Assembly: GCA_965248195.1 (NCBI GenBank)
Contig: CBDFIQ010000002.1
Coordinates: forward strand, 1,952,001 to 2,016,000
Source: Longimicrobiales bacterium
GTDB taxonomy: Bacteria > Gemmatimonadota > Gemmatimonadetes > Longimicrobiales > Gaopeijiaceae
Length of the DNA stretch: 64,000 bases
Reading direction: 5' to 3'
Numbering within the stretch: the stretch's first letter is position 1; each line of letters starts with the position of its first letter. The position numbers and the translations under genes are program-made. The notes under the pieces were generated by a model. The model did not search any database and was not told the origin of the DNA. It saw only the letters and a program-made list of their open reading frames with translations. Shown one piece after another: positions 27,947 to 38,316 of the stretch.

Positions 27947-28596
27947 AGGTAAGCGCCCACGATGCCGGCGACGAGCCCGACCAGGAAAACGGCCCGGCGG
28001 CTCTTCCACCCCCCGAAACCCCTCAGCAACGCTCCGAGATGGACCGACGCACCGATCAGAATGAGCGCCACGGTCGTTTCGTAGGGCAACGGCCATCGCG
28101 ACGCGAGGACCGCGGACAACCACCCTCCCACGACCAGCCCTACCGCCGTAACCCCCGCTCCACGCACGAAATCCAGAAGCATCGACGAAAGGTGCACCGC
28201 CGTGAGCTTTGGCGCGGTCATGGACCTGGGGTCGGTCCGGCCGAAAACTCGGCCGACCATGTGACGCTGCAAATCCACGGTCATTCCACCGATTTCAGAG
28301 ACCGCCAGTCCTGCCACCATTCCCAATGCCAATCCAGCTAGTCCGCCGGCGGACATCGCAACCGCCACTGCGACCACCGCAGCGGGTCCCGACTCCGGAA
28401 CGCGGGAGCCGCCGGCCGGGACCCCTGCAAGCTGGAAGAGCTCGAGCATCGCGCCGACCTCCAAGCCCACGGTGGGATCTCCAAGCCACCAACCGGCCAA
28501 TGTGCCCGCGACGAGCGGGCGAGAGACCATGAATTGTCCGGCCGAGGTCGCATCGAGGGCCAGGAGCCCACCCAGGACGGCAAGGGGAAGGGACAC
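27943..28596 (-). CDS. Mannose/fructose/sorbose-family PTS EIIC
   Basis: LD....GQFMVSRPLVAG...G..LE....PAGG. Confidence 0.88.
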   Translation of the reverse strand: MSLPLAVLGGLLALDATSAGQFMVSRPLVAGTLAGWWLGDPTVGLEVGAMLELFQLAGVPAGGSRVPESGPAAVVAVAVAMSAGGLAGLALGMVAGLAVSEIGGMTVDLQRHMVGRVFGRTDPRSMTAPKLTAVHLSSMLLDFVRGAGVTAVGLVVGGWLSAVLASRWPLPYETTVALILIGASVHLGALLRGFGGWKSRRAVFLVGLVAGIVGAYL

Positions 28597-28603
28597 GGTG
28601 CTT

Positions 28604-29083
28604 CTAGGCCAGGAGTGTTTCTAAATCGACCGCGCGACTCCCCGGAAGGTCCCGGGCGGAAACCTCGACACCCTCATCCGCGAGGACTTGAAGACCCTCC
28701 TCATCCTCCTGACCCAGGAACACGTACGGGACACGCTCGGTGCGGCCGGCCGCGTGATGCAGGCCGCCGAGGTTGACCTCACGACCCCGTAGACGATCAC
28801 CCTCGGCGAGCGCGTTCATCGCGGCGATCGTCCGGGTCAGAACCACCGTCTTTCGGGGAGCGGCATCGAGGTCCGTGAGGCGTGCTCTCGCATCCGCGAC
28901 GGTCAGGAAGTCCGCCGAGGCGGCGTCGGGAAGGCCCAGCCGGTAAAGATCTTGCTCCCATTCGCTCGTGGCCAACTCGTCGTCCACGACCACGTAATGC
29001 CGCACCCCGAGTTGCGGTCCCCAGCCCATCACCACCTGCCCGTGAATGAGCCGCTCGTCGATTCGGTAAAGGACGACCGACAT
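28604..29083 (-). CDS. Mannose-family PTS EIIB
   Basis: RIDERLIHGQV motif. Confidence 0.93.
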   Translation of the reverse strand: MSVVLYRIDERLIHGQVVMGWGPQLGVRHYVVVDDELATSEWEQDLYRLGLPDAASADFLTVADARARLTDLDAAPRKTVVLTRTIAAMNALAEGDRLRGREVNLGGLHHAAGRTERVPYVFLGQEDEEGLQVLADEGVEVSARDLPGSRAVDLETLLA

Positions 29084-29479
29084 CTATGCCGGCGGCTCAG
29101 CTGTCTTGACGCCTTCTTTGCCCTTTTGGAGGAGACGCGGAACCAGCTGGGAAAGGGGAAGCTCCCGATGAAACACGAACTCCAGTAACATCGGCAGGTT
29201 CATGCCGAACACCACCGCCCGCCGCCCGTTGTCTTTGCAGGTCAGTTGAGCCGTGAGCGCGCAACTTCCGCTGCCGAGATCGGTGAAAACAACGACCGGC
29301 TCACTTCCCACCAAGGCCTCCACCCGGTCGGCCAATCCCTGGGGATTCTGTCCCTCGTTACTCATCGCCATCAGAACACCCTCGTCCAGGCCCGTGATCC
29401 TCCGGACCGCGTCGACCATGCCTTCGGCTAATTTCCCATGGCTGAGCAAGACGCCCCTTACCAGCTCCACGTCACTCAT
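29084..29479 (-). CDS. Mannose-family PTS EIIA
   Basis: LSHGKLA, FTDLGSGS and GMNLPML motifs. Confidence 0.92.
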   Translation of the reverse strand: MSDVELVRGVLLSHGKLAEGMVDAVRRITGLDEGVLMAMSNEGQNPQGLADRVEALVGSEPVVVFTDLGSGSCALTAQLTCKDNGRRAVVFGMNLPMLLEFVFHRELPLSQLVPRLLQKGKEGVKTAEPPA

Positions 29480-30467
29480 AGTCCTGCTCGAAGTACTCGC
29501 GCACCGGACGCATGGCGTCCTTCAATCTTTGATCGAAGGCATCCGCGGAGTCTATGCCCTCATACTTCAAGAGGTGATTCATGGCCACCACCTCCGAGAT
29601 TACCGTGATGTTTTTTCCGGCATTGAGCGGAATCGTCACTTGCGGAACCTTGATCCCGAGCACGTCAACCTCGGTCGTCTCGAGGCCGGTCCGCGTATAG
29701 GCACGGTCTTCGTCCCAAAGCTCCAGAAGGACCATCACTTCGATACGCTTCTGCTGGCGCGTGGCGTGGATCCCAAAGAGCGTGCGGATGTCAATGATGC
29801 CGAGACCCCGAATTTCCATGTGGTGCGCCTGGAGTTGATGCCCCTGGCCAAGAAGAATGTCCGGCCCGTGCCGCGAGACGATGACGTGGTCATCTGCCAC
29901 GAGTCGGTGGCCTCGCTCAACCAGGTCCAACACACACTCGCTCTTCCCGACACCGCTCTCTCCGACGAAGAGCAACCCCACGCCGTATACGTCGGCCAAG
30001 GAACCATGGAGATTGGTGCGGGGGGCGAGAATCGCATCGAGATAGGGCTTGACCCGTCGGTAGAATTCCTTGGTGCTGAGACCCGAGCGGAGGATCGGAA
30101 CCGAACATTCTGCGGCCACCTCGACAAATTCGTCGGACAGCGATAACGCCTTCGTGACGAACACGACTGGAATTCCGAAACCGAGGACACCCTTGACCCG
30201 GTCTCGCCGCTCCTCTGGGGACAGGCCTTCCAGATAAGCGATCTCGGTTTCACCAAACACCTGAATTCGATCTGACGAGAACCGCTCCGTGTACCCGGCC
30301 AAGGCGAGCCCCGGGCTGGAGAGATCGGGGTCCCGAACCGGGCGCTCCAGGTTGGTGTCGGGGGTCAGGACTTCGAGCTGGAGCGTCTCTCGCCTATCCT
30401 CGAACAGCCGCTGGACGGTGATCTCCGGGATCGACTCCGGCGAGGCCTCCGGCGAATCGCTAGTCAA
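29472..30467 (-). CDS. hprK: HPr kinase/phosphorylase
   Basis: HGSLADVYGVG, GESGVGKSE, LVADD and MEIRGLGII motifs. Confidence 0.96.
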   Translation of the reverse strand: MTSDSPEASPESIPEITVQRLFEDRRETLQLEVLTPDTNLERPVRDPDLSSPGLALAGYTERFSSDRIQVFGETEIAYLEGLSPEERRDRVKGVLGFGIPVVFVTKALSLSDEFVEVAAECSVPILRSGLSTKEFYRRVKPYLDAILAPRTNLHGSLADVYGVGLLFVGESGVGKSECVLDLVERGHRLVADDHVIVSRHGPDILLGQGHQLQAHHMEIRGLGIIDIRTLFGIHATRQQKRIEVMVLLELWDEDRAYTRTGLETTEVDVLGIKVPQVTIPLNAGKNITVISEVVAMNHLLKYEGIDSADAFDQRLKDAMRPVREYFEQDYE

Positions 30468-30474
30468 ATAGGGG

Positions 30475-30801
30475 CTACTCCTCTGCGAGAGCTTCGGTCA
30501 GCGGTGGAGCTCGGTGGTCCTTCGTCTGGTCGGAAAGCTTCCGAAGCTGACGCGCCAGGCGAACGTTCACCTGGCTCAGAGCTTCGCTGAAGTCCTCGCC
30601 TTCCCCGGTGGCGACGATCGTGTCACTCCGGTCGATGTGCAGAATCCCCTCGATCTTCTTGGAGTTCTTTTCTTCATCGAAAATGACCTCGACGACGGAA
30701 ACGCGAGCGTCGTACTTTTTCAGCTTGGAGAGGAGCTCCTCGGTGCGGGCTCGAAGGGACTCGGGAAGGGTCGTATGTCGCGACGTGATCCGAACTTCCA
30801 T
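30475..30801 (-). CDS. hpf: Ribosome hibernation factor HPF/RaiA (short form)
   Basis: ITSRH...RLARQLRKL pattern; position upstream of hprK. Confidence 0.85.
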   Translation of the reverse strand: MEVRITSRHTTLPESLRARTEELLSKLKKYDARVSVVEVIFDEEKNSKKIEGILHIDRSDTIVATGEGEDFSEALSQVNVRLARQLRKLSDQTKDHRAPPLTEALAEE

Positions 30802-30867
30802 GCCGCCTCCATTTTTGACTTCTCACGACGACTCAACATCGGCTCGTGGTCCCGCACGTAACCAAAG

Positions 30868-31995
30868 TTAGCTCTGACTGGGCACCTCGACTACCCACTC
30901 CTGTAGGAACTTCTCCATGGAACGCGCCGAAGCGTCCCAACCGAACCGCTCGGCGAAGCGCCTGGCACCGGCTCCCAATCGTGCGCGTGTTTCTTCATCC
31001 CCGAGGAGCTCTTCGATCCGCCGGCTGAGAATCTCGACGTCCCCGTGGGGCACGAGAAATCCGGTTTGCCCATCCACCACCGAATCCCTGAGGCCGGGCA
31101 CATCGCTAGCGATGGTCGGCGTGCCACAAGCCGCGGCCTCCAGGTTCGAGATGCCCCAGCCCTCCTTCACCGACGTGAGGAGATTGATCCAGCTCTTCCG
31201 AAGGAGCCCCCCCTTCTCCACCTCGGATACGTAGCCCAGAAACTCAACGTGTCGCTCCAGGCCGAGGGACACGCGGAGCGCCTCCAGCCGCGGCTGATCG
31301 TCTCCACGACCCGCTACGAGCAGGCGGCACGAAGTCCCTCGCTCCACCAGTGCCGCCACGGCCTGGAGCAAGAGGTCGATGCGCTTGTAGCGTTTGACTC
31401 TTCCCAGGTACAGGAGGGTGGGTTCGGGAAAGCGCTCGTCGGGCGCAGGGGGAGACAAGACCTCGAGATCCACCCCATTGGGAATGATCTCGATCCCGCT
31501 ACGTGGCATCCCGCGCCGCGCGAGATCCTCCGCAGTACTTTCGGAAACCGCCACCGTCGGCACGGATCGGAACACTCTTGGCACCGGCAGCTCGAGGAGC
31601 CAGGTCGCTGCCGCCACCGGGAGGGACGCCTCTTGAAATGCCGCCGTCCCGAAGAGGTGGTGGACGATCAAGGCCACCGGTGCCCCGACCCCCCAAAAGG
31701 GCGAAAAAAAAGGCACCTTGTTCAGGTCCTCCACCACGACGTCGAACCGCTCGGCCCGGAGTCGGCGTCTGAAGTAAACCGGGGCAACGAGAGAAAGCGT
31801 GTATCGGCTGCCGACCCGATGCACTTCAATGCCGTCGAGCACGGTGCGGCGCGCACTCCCCGGCCACGCCGAGCATAAGAGCGTGACCGAATGTCCCCAC
31901 GTCACGAGTCGGCGGAAAATCTCTTGGAGATGGACCTCCGCCCCACCGGCCTGCGGGTTTTCCGGATCGAGCCAGTTGAGAACGAGGATCTTCAC
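30868..31995 (-). CDS. Glycosyltransferase family 4
   Basis: AGGAEVH, IPNGVD, LGRVKRYK and EGWGISNLEAAACGTP motifs. Confidence 0.92.
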   Translation of the reverse strand: MKILVLNWLDPENPQAGGAEVHLQEIFRRLVTWGHSVTLLCSAWPGSARRTVLDGIEVHRVGSRYTLSLVAPVYFRRRLRAERFDVVVEDLNKVPFFSPFWGVGAPVALIVHHLFGTAAFQEASLPVAAATWLLELPVPRVFRSVPTVAVSESTAEDLARRGMPRSGIEIIPNGVDLEVLSPPAPDERFPEPTLLYLGRVKRYKRIDLLLQAVAALVERGTSCRLLVAGRGDDQPRLEALRVSLGLERHVEFLGYVSEVEKGGLLRKSWINLLTSVKEGWGISNLEAAACGTPTIASDVPGLRDSVVDGQTGFLVPHGDVEILSRRIEELLGDEETRARLGAGARRFAERFGWDASARSMEKFLQEWVVEVPSQS

Positions 31996-32011
31996 GCACC
32001 GGGCTCCGAGA

Positions 32012-32482
32012 TCAGCGGATCACCCGCTTGTAAAGCGCATCCAGTACCCCATTTACGAACCGGGGGGACTCGGGGCCGCTGTACCGCTCGGCCAACCGCA
32101 ACGCTTCTTGAATGGAGACCTTGGGCGGGATTTCATCGAAACAGATCAACTCTGCGGCGGCAATTCTGAGAATTCCGCGGTCGAGCAGAGCCAGACGGTC
32201 CATGCGCCAATTGTCCAATGCGACTTCGAGCAGTTGGTCCAACTCATCACCGCGAGCGTCCAACTCCGCCGCCAGGCGACGCAAATACGGCAGGCGGGAC
32301 TCTGCAATCCTCCGCATGGCCATGACTTCCTCGAGCACGTCGGAAAACGTACCCTCGCGCTCCCGCACGTCCCACTGGTAGTGGATCTGAAGCGCCCACG
32401 CCCTCGCCCGGGTCCGGTCGATCCGCCGGGCAACGCTTTCAGCGATCCCACCCGATTTTTTCAATGTGCCTGGAGGCCTCAT
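32012..32482 (-). CDS. nusB: Transcription antitermination factor NusB
   Basis: RTRARAWALQ, WRMDRLALLDRGILR and FVNGVLD motifs. Confidence 0.93.
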   Translation of the reverse strand: MRPPGTLKKSGGIAESVARRIDRTRARAWALQIHYQWDVREREGTFSDVLEEVMAMRRIAESRLPYLRRLAAELDARGDELDQLLEVALDNWRMDRLALLDRGILRIAAAELICFDEIPPKVSIQEALRLAERYSGPESPRFVNGVLDALYKRVIR

Positions 32483-32551
32483 GGAGAAGTGGGGCGAGCC
32501 GCGTTAGGAGCGCCGACCCCGGTGCCCAGCCAGAACTTCTCCATGAGGCCT

Positions 32552-33037
32552 CTAATCCTCGAGACCCTCGTATAGGCGGATCATGTGAAGTGCGCTCTGC
32601 GCCAGCTCACGCCCCTTGTTGCCCACTTCTTGCGAAGCGCGAGCTAAGGCCTGATCTGGTGTGTCGGCCGTCAGCACACCAAACAGGAGTGGAATATCGA
32701 GCTCCCGTGCAACGGCGCCGAGGCCCGAAGAGGCCTCACCGGCCACGTAGTCGAAGTGGGGCGTTTCCCCCCGAATCACACATCCAAGAGCGATGAGCGC
32801 ATCGTGGCGGTCCAGGGCTGCGATCCTCCTGGCCGCCTGGGGAAGCTCCCAGGCACCCGGCACGCGATAGACGTCCACCGCGTCCGCCTCGACGCCGAAC
32901 TCTTCGAGGGTGCTCTGGCAACCTTCCAGCATTTCTTCCGTCACATCGCTGTTGAAGCGCGCCGCGATAATCCCGATGCGCCTGCCCGGCGCCGGATCCG
33001 GGGGGTGCGAGCCGGTGTCGATTTGCACGTCAGACAT
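32552..33037 (-). CDS. ribH: 6,7-dimethyl-8-ribityllumazine synthase
   Basis: ARFN, VPGAWELP and GCVIRGETPHFDYV motifs. Confidence 0.96.
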   Translation of the reverse strand: MSDVQIDTGSHPPDPAPGRRIGIIAARFNSDVTEEMLEGCQSTLEEFGVEADAVDVYRVPGAWELPQAARRIAALDRHDALIALGCVIRGETPHFDYVAGEASSGLGAVARELDIPLLFGVLTADTPDQALARASQEVGNKGRELAQSALHMIRLYEGLED

Positions 33038-33067
33038 CCTCCCGTGATGGCATCCTACAGGCGCATT

Positions 33068-34315
33068 CTACAGGAGGTGGCCCAACTTCGATCGCTTCGT
33101 GTCTAGGTAACTCTGGTTGTGCTCCCCGCGCCCGACGCGTAGGGGCTCCCTTCCGGTGACCTCGAGACTGTACCCTTCGAGCCCGACAATCTTCCGTGGA
33201 TTGTTGGTCAGAAGGCAAATTTTCTTGAGTCCGAGGTCGAGGAGAATCTGGGCGCCAATCCCATAGTCCCGCAGGTCAGGCTTGAACCCAAGGGCCTGGT
33301 TCGCCTCGACCGTGTCGTGACCCTGGTCCTGTAGTTCATACGCCCGAATCTTGTTGTGCAGGCCGATCCCCCGTCCTTCTTGTTTCAAATAGACGATAAC
33401 CCCCCGGCCTCTCTCCGAAACCTGCTCAAGCGCGGCCCTCAACTGCCAGCCGCAATCGCAACGAAGGGAGCCGAACACATCACCCGTCAGACACTCCGAG
33501 TGCATGCGAACGAGCACGCCCTCGTCTCCCTCCTCGTCTCCCTCCACGTCACCCTCGACGCCCTCCTCCACATCAGCCCCTACGTCACCTTTGACGAGCG
33601 CTACGTGCTCCCGGTCATCGATCGGACTCTGGTACGCGATGATCCGGAACGGTCCAAACTCGGTCGGTAGATTCGCTTCGGCCACCCGTGTAACCAGGCG
33701 TTCCTTGGTCAGGCGGTACGACACCAGCTGGGCGACTGTGATGAACCGGAGGCCATGTTCCTTCGCGTACAACTCCAATTCGGGGCGGCGCGCCATCGTC
33801 CCATCGGGATTGAGGATCTCACAGATCACCCCGATCGGAGGCAGCCCGGCCATGCTTGCCAGGTCCACCGCAGCTTCCGTCTGGCCCACGCGGCGAAGGA
33901 CGCCACCAGGGCGGGCCTTGAGGGGAAAGATGTGTCCCGGACGCCTGAGGTCGCCTGGCTCGGACTCGGGATCCACCAGGACCTCGATGGTCTTGGCTCG
34001 ATCATGAGCGCTGATGCCCGTGGTCACACCGAAACGTTGATGGGCGTCCACAGAAATCGTGAAAGCGGTGCCCTGTGGGTCCGAGTTCTCGTCGGTCATG
34101 AGGGGAAGACCCAACGCTGTGGCACGAGGCTGCGTCAGCGCGACACAAATGAGGCCCCGGCCGAACTGGGTCATGAAGTTCACCGTCTCGGGCGTCACGA
34201 GGGAAGCCGCACAAACAAGGTCTCCCTCGTTTTCGCGATCCTCGTCGTCGGCGACGATGATGAGCTTGCCTTGACGAATATCCTCTAGGGCATGCTCGAC
34301 GGTATCGAACCCCAT
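33068..34315 (-). CDS. ribBA: Bifunctional DHBP synthase / GTP cyclohydrolase II
   Basis: [29 protein letters not shown] and QEGRGIGL motifs; start at MGFDTV. Confidence 0.96.
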   Translation of the reverse strand: MGFDTVEHALEDIRQGKLIIVADDEDRENEGDLVCAASLVTPETVNFMTQFGRGLICVALTQPRATALGLPLMTDENSDPQGTAFTISVDAHQRFGVTTGISAHDRAKTIEVLVDPESEPGDLRRPGHIFPLKARPGGVLRRVGQTEAAVDLASMAGLPPIGVICEILNPDGTMARRPELELYAKEHGLRFITVAQLVSYRLTKERLVTRVAEANLPTEFGPFRIIAYQSPIDDREHVALVKGDVGADVEEGVEGDVEGDEEGDEGVLVRMHSECLTGDVFGSLRCDCGWQLRAALEQVSERGRGVIVYLKQEGRGIGLHNKIRAYELQDQGHDTVEANQALGFKPDLRDYGIGAQILLDLGLKKICLLTNNPRKIVGLEGYSLEVTGREPLRVGRGEHNQSYLDTKRSKLGHLL

Positions 34316-34394
34316 GACCAGACGCTCCTTCTCGATCCGTGACTCCAGTGCGCACGGCGCACGACTGTGGCGACGTACGTTTTGCCACACAGAC

Positions 34395-34403
34395 ATTATA
34401 TCA
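34395..34403 (-). promoter_or_regulatory. Extended -10 internal promoter upstream of ribBA
   Basis: Perfect TG-A-TATAAT in the gap between ribE and ribBA. Confidence 0.55.
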
Positions 34404-34492
34404 GCAGTGAAGGCTCCACGGGACCACACGAGCGTTGCGTTACACGCTCCCCCACCTCATACCAACACCATTTCGCCCTTTCGGCAGCGCCC

Positions 34493-35092
34493 TCAGGAAC
34501 GCTCGGAGAGCAGCCTCCGAACGTATTTTCCGACCAGGTCACCTTCGACGTTCACCCGTGCGCCGGGTTCGAGCATGCCGAGGTTGGTATGCTCCCACGT
34601 GTACGGTATGACGGCGACCTGACAGATGTGGTCGTCCGAGATTGCGTTGACCGTGAGACTCACACCATTGAGTGCGATCGAACCATGGAGGAGGGTCCCC
34701 GATGCCACAGCGGACGGAATTTTGAAGTCGAGGAGACGATACTCCCCCCGGTGCTCGACACCGATCAAATCACCCACACCGTCGATGTGGCCTTGAACCA
34801 GATGTCCGTCCAGGCGGGTTCCTATCGCAATAGCACGTTCGAGATTGACCGGGCTCCCTTCGGTGTAATCGCCCGCCACGGTCCGAGAGAGCGTCGTTCC
34901 CACGCTGTTGACCGTGAAGCCCTCGTCCAGAACCTCGACCACCGTGTGACAGGCTCCGTCGAGACAGACCGACGAGCCGGGCTGGAGATCTTCAAGCACG
35001 ACGCTCGCATCGATCTCCAACACTCGGGCACCGTCCATCTCTCGCGTGGTGCGTACAGTGCCCATCTCCTCTACGATCCCACTGAACATCAC
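34493..35092 (-). CDS. ribE: Riboflavin synthase
   Basis: MFSGIVEE, VNLERA, GHLVQGHIDG and SIALNGVSLTV motifs. Confidence 0.95.
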   Translation of the reverse strand: MMFSGIVEEMGTVRTTREMDGARVLEIDASVVLEDLQPGSSVCLDGACHTVVEVLDEGFTVNSVGTTLSRTVAGDYTEGSPVNLERAIAIGTRLDGHLVQGHIDGVGDLIGVEHRGEYRLLDFKIPSAVASGTLLHGSIALNGVSLTVNAISDDHICQVAVIPYTWEHTNLGMLEPGARVNVEGDLVGKYVRRLLSERS

Positions 35093-36318
35093 ATTTCTCG
35101 GTGGTACGTGAGTAGAACGTCGGGCCCGAATCGAACCGGCTCGCCCCTGCTCGACCAGCCCAAGCCCTCCGGCGTCGAGTGCCCGCCCCCAAACGCCGGA
35201 ACACCTTGGGACCCGAGGGTCACGGGTGCCTGGAAAAGATAAAACCGCCGGGCCAATCCCTCACGTGAAAGAGCCGTGGCCAATCTTCCCCCACCCTCGC
35301 AGAGGACCGACCGAAAACCGAGATTCCAACACCGTTCGAGCACCTGTTCCAGGTTCGCTCCTCGATCCGAATGTGGCACGGGCTCCCCCAGTGGCACCGG
35401 TTCCCCCAGTGGCACCGGCTCTGCCTGTGGCATCGGCTCCGCCTGTCGCACCGGCTCCGCCTGCGGTACGATCTCCACCTGTGCACCGACCTCCCTCAGT
35501 GCATCGACCCGTGCGGAAGGAGCGGCTTCGGTCGCGAAGATCAGGACCGGCGTTTGGCTCTCGGCACCGAACAGAGCCGCATCCGGTGACAGAGCAGCGC
35601 TCGGATCCAATACGATACGCGTAGGCGGAATGCGGGGGGTCCGACCGTATCGCACGGTCAACATGGGGTCATCGACACGGGCCGTCTCCCCCCCGACCAA
35701 CACTGCGTCGAATCCGCTCCTGAGACGATGTACCTCTCTATTCGCTTCGTCGCCTGTAAGGAGCGTCCGCTCGCCCGGCCGAGCAGCGATCCGCCCATCC
35801 AGACTCACCGCCAACTTCAGAGCGAGGTACGGTCGCCGGTACTGCATCGTATAAAAAAACACGGGATCGACGTCGTGGAACGACCGAACATCTGCCGAAG
35901 GGCCGATGACTTCGACCCCGGCCTTCGCCAAAAGCTCGCCCCCACCTCCGGTCTCAAGGAATGCGAAGCCCTCGTCCACAACAAAGATCAAGGACCCCGG
36001 ATCGGCGGCCCCGAACACTACCCGGGTCACGCCGGCCTCCAGCAAGAACTTCGAACACGGGGGCGTCTTACCATGGTGGCCACACGGCTCGAGGCTCACG
36101 TACACGGTAGCGCCACGGGCGGCATCTCCTGCGGAACGGATCGCGTTCACTTCAGCGTGCGGACCGCCGTACTCCTCGTGCCATCCCTGACCCACGAGCT
36201 GTCCATCCTGCGTCAGGACGCACCCGACCATCGGATTGGGATGCACCCGACCCCACCCCCGCTCCGCCAAAGAGGCGGCCCGCTGAAGCCACTCCCGGTC
36301 CGACTCGCTCAGAGACAC
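35089..36318 (-). CDS. ribD: Riboflavin deaminase/reductase
   Basis: PNPMVG, HAE, LEPC..HGKTPPC, SLDG and CEGGG motifs. Confidence 0.95.
   Translation of the reverse strand: MSLSESDREWLQRAASLAERGWGRVHPNPMVGCVLTQDGQLVGQGWHEEYGGPHAEVNAIRSAGDAARGATVYVSLEPCGHHGKTPPCSKFLLEAGVTRVVFGAADPGSLIFVVDEGFAFLETGGGGELLAKAGVEVIGPSADVRSFHDVDPVFFYTMQYRRPYLALKLAVSLDGRIAARPGERTLLTGDEANREVHRLRSGFDAVLVGGETARVDDPMLTVRYGRTPRIPPTRIVLDPSAALSPDAALFGAESQTPVLIFATEAAPSARVDALREVGAQVEIVPQAEPVRQAEPMPQAEPVPLGEPVPLGEPVPHSDRGANLEQVLERCWNLGFRSVLCEGGGRLATALSREGLARRFYLFQAPVTLGSQGVPAFGGGHSTPEGLGWSSRGEPVRFGPDVLLTYHREM
35373..35462. repeat. 5 x 18-bp in-frame tandem repeat inside ribD
   Basis: GTGGCACCGGCTC.... units encoding QAEPVR/QAEPMP/QAEPVP/LGEPVP/LGEPVP. 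Confidence 0.9.
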
Positions 36319-36319
36319 G

Positions 36320-37285
36320 TCAGATCGTGAGTCGGCCGGCTAGGCTGACAAACGGCGTTATCGAACCGGGATCGTACGCACCCGAGTAGCCGGCCAGTCC
36401 GTCGTATCCTCCCGCCCATCCACCCTCGACCGAAAACTGGAACACGAGCCTCGTGATGGATATACCGCCGAAGTAGACCGATCGGCGGGTCGTCAGGTCG
36501 TTCATAGAGCCCATCCCCCGTCCCCCCGGGATCGTGGGATCCGGCACCTGGACGCCCATGCTGCCTCGGTCCCAATTCCATCCCACGCCCCCCGAGACCG
36601 CGAGGGTGAAGAAGTTTTTCCCGATTATCGCCCGCACCGAGGTCGCCGAGATATCGGTATCGATTTGGGACCCGTTCACACCGGCGGTCCAGTCCACGCT
36701 CTGCCCAAAGGACTGCGTCACTGACACTGTGACGCCAGGCAGGGTGAACGACTCACGGAAAACTCCGAGCCGCCCGCCCACCGACAAGATGCCCTCGTTG
36801 CCCAGAAACCCGTCGGACTCCCCCAGGAAAATGAGGCTCGCGGACGCGAGAAGATCGAGGGATAGCAGCCCACCGACGGTCGGCATCAGGGAAACTCCGT
36901 CCAAGACGCCAAATGCCACCGAGGCCTTCACCCCGTATGCCTCAACTACGTTCTCCCCCGCGGCGCCTGTGCCTCCGCCGAGGAGGTCCGGCATTCTGAA
37001 TCGAGCCATCCGGAGACGCGCGTCCACGCTCACACGCGGCGCACTCCCCAGCCGTCTCCCGATTGTGCTGGACGACCCGGAGAGGCTGGCGCCCATTCTG
37101 TCGGCTATGGTGATTCCGCCACGCATGGCTTGCGCTGCCAATACGCCACTTCGGCAGGACGTCACCAAGTCCGCCGATCCGCCGGCCGCACATTGCGCGA
37201 CGAACGGTCCCAGATCTTGTCCCTCCGCGGACCCGAAACGCCCTGAAAGCAGCAGAACACAGAAGGCTACATGACTGGCCCTCAC
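36320..37285 (-). CDS. Hypothetical exported, probably outer-membrane beta-barrel protein
   Basis: Signal peptide, amphipathic beta-strand pattern; GTG start overlaps the purM stop. Confidence 0.6.
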   Translation of the reverse strand: MRASHVAFCVLLLSGRFGSAEGQDLGPFVAQCAAGGSADLVTSCRSGVLAAQAMRGGITIADRMGASLSGSSSTIGRRLGSAPRVSVDARLRMARFRMPDLLGGGTGAAGENVVEAYGVKASVAFGVLDGVSLMPTVGGLLSLDLLASASLIFLGESDGFLGNEGILSVGGRLGVFRESFTLPGVTVSVTQSFGQSVDWTAGVNGSQIDTDISATSVRAIIGKNFFTLAVSGGVGWNWDRGSMGVQVPDPTIPGGRGMGSMNDLTTRRSVYFGGISITRLVFQFSVEGGWAGGYDGLAGYSGAYDPGSITPFVSLAGRLTI

Positions 37286-38316
37286 GCCCACCGTACACCC
37301 TCGCCGGCCTCCACCTCTCCCATGACCCACGCCGGACCGTCGCCCTGGCTCAAACCCTCGAGGACCCCGTCGACATCCCCGGGTGCAACCATCGCGATCA
37401 TGCCCACGCCCATGTTGAACACGCGCAGCATTTCCTCCCGCTCGATACCTCCCGCCTCAGCGAGCAAACGGAACACATCGGGGACCTCCCAAGAAGCGAG
37501 GTCGATCACCGCGCCGAGCTCCGATCCGAGGGTCCGGGGCAGATTGCCTGGGATGCCCCCACCGGTGATGTGAGCCAGGCCCCGCACACGTCCGGCGTCG
37601 AGAACATCGGACAAGACGGGCAAATAGCTCCGATGTACATCCAGGAGCACGTCCGCCACCGAGCGTCCCGACCCGGGAAATTCGTCATCGATCGACAACC
37701 CCATGGACTCGAACACGATCCTCCGCGCCAATGTGTAACCGTTGGTATGCATGCCGGTCGACCCAAGGCCGATCAAGACGTCTCCCGCACGGACACGCGA
37801 GCCATCCAGGATCCTGTCGCGCTCCACGATGCCCACGATGAATCCAGCCAGATCGTACTCGTCCTTGGCATAAAATTCGGGCATCTCGGCCGTCTCTCCA
37901 CCAAGGAGCGCGCACCCATTCTCCTTGCACGCCGTCGCTACTCCGCCCACGACTCCTGTCACAACAGCCTCGTCCATGGCGCCGCATCCGAGATAATCCA
38001 GGAAGAACAGAGGCCGGGCTCCCTGCACGAGGATGTCGTCGACACAGTGGTTCACCAAATCTTGGCCCACGGTGTCATGCCGTCCCGCCATGAAAGCAAC
38101 CTTGACCTTGGTTCCCACACTATCGGTGCTCGAGACGAGCACCGGGCTCTCTACGTCTCCGGGTACAGCGTACAGGCCGCCGAACTGGCCGAGCGCGGAC
38201 AGGGTGTGTTCGTCCCTGGTGGAAGCCACCAACGACTTGAGGCCCTCCATCACCCGCTCGGCTGCGTCGAGATCGACCCCTGTTGAGCGATAGTCCAGCG
38301 CACCCGGCTCAGCCAT
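37282..38316 (-). CDS. purM: Phosphoribosylformylglycinamidine cyclo-ligase
   Basis: TDSVGTK, PLFFLDY, GGETAEMP, HITGGG and FNMGVG motifs. Confidence 0.96.
   Translation of the reverse strand: MAEPGALDYRSTGVDLDAAERVMEGLKSLVASTRDEHTLSALGQFGGLYAVPGDVESPVLVSSTDSVGTKVKVAFMAGRHDTVGQDLVNHCVDDILVQGARPLFFLDYLGCGAMDEAVVTGVVGGVATACKENGCALLGGETAEMPEFYAKDEYDLAGFIVGIVERDRILDGSRVRAGDVLIGLGSTGMHTNGYTLARRIVFESMGLSIDDEFPGSGRSVADVLLDVHRSYLPVLSDVLDAGRVRGLAHITGGGIPGNLPRTLGSELGAVIDLASWEVPDVFRLLAEAGGIEREEMLRVFNMGVGMIAMVAPGDVDGVLEGLSQGDGPAWVMGEVEAGEGVRWA

Noticed and set aside
34316..34492. FMN riboswitch in the rib cluster
   Set aside because: RFN consensus (AGGGC.GGGTGAAATTCCC.ACCGGCGGT) is absent, and there is no space upstream of ribD.
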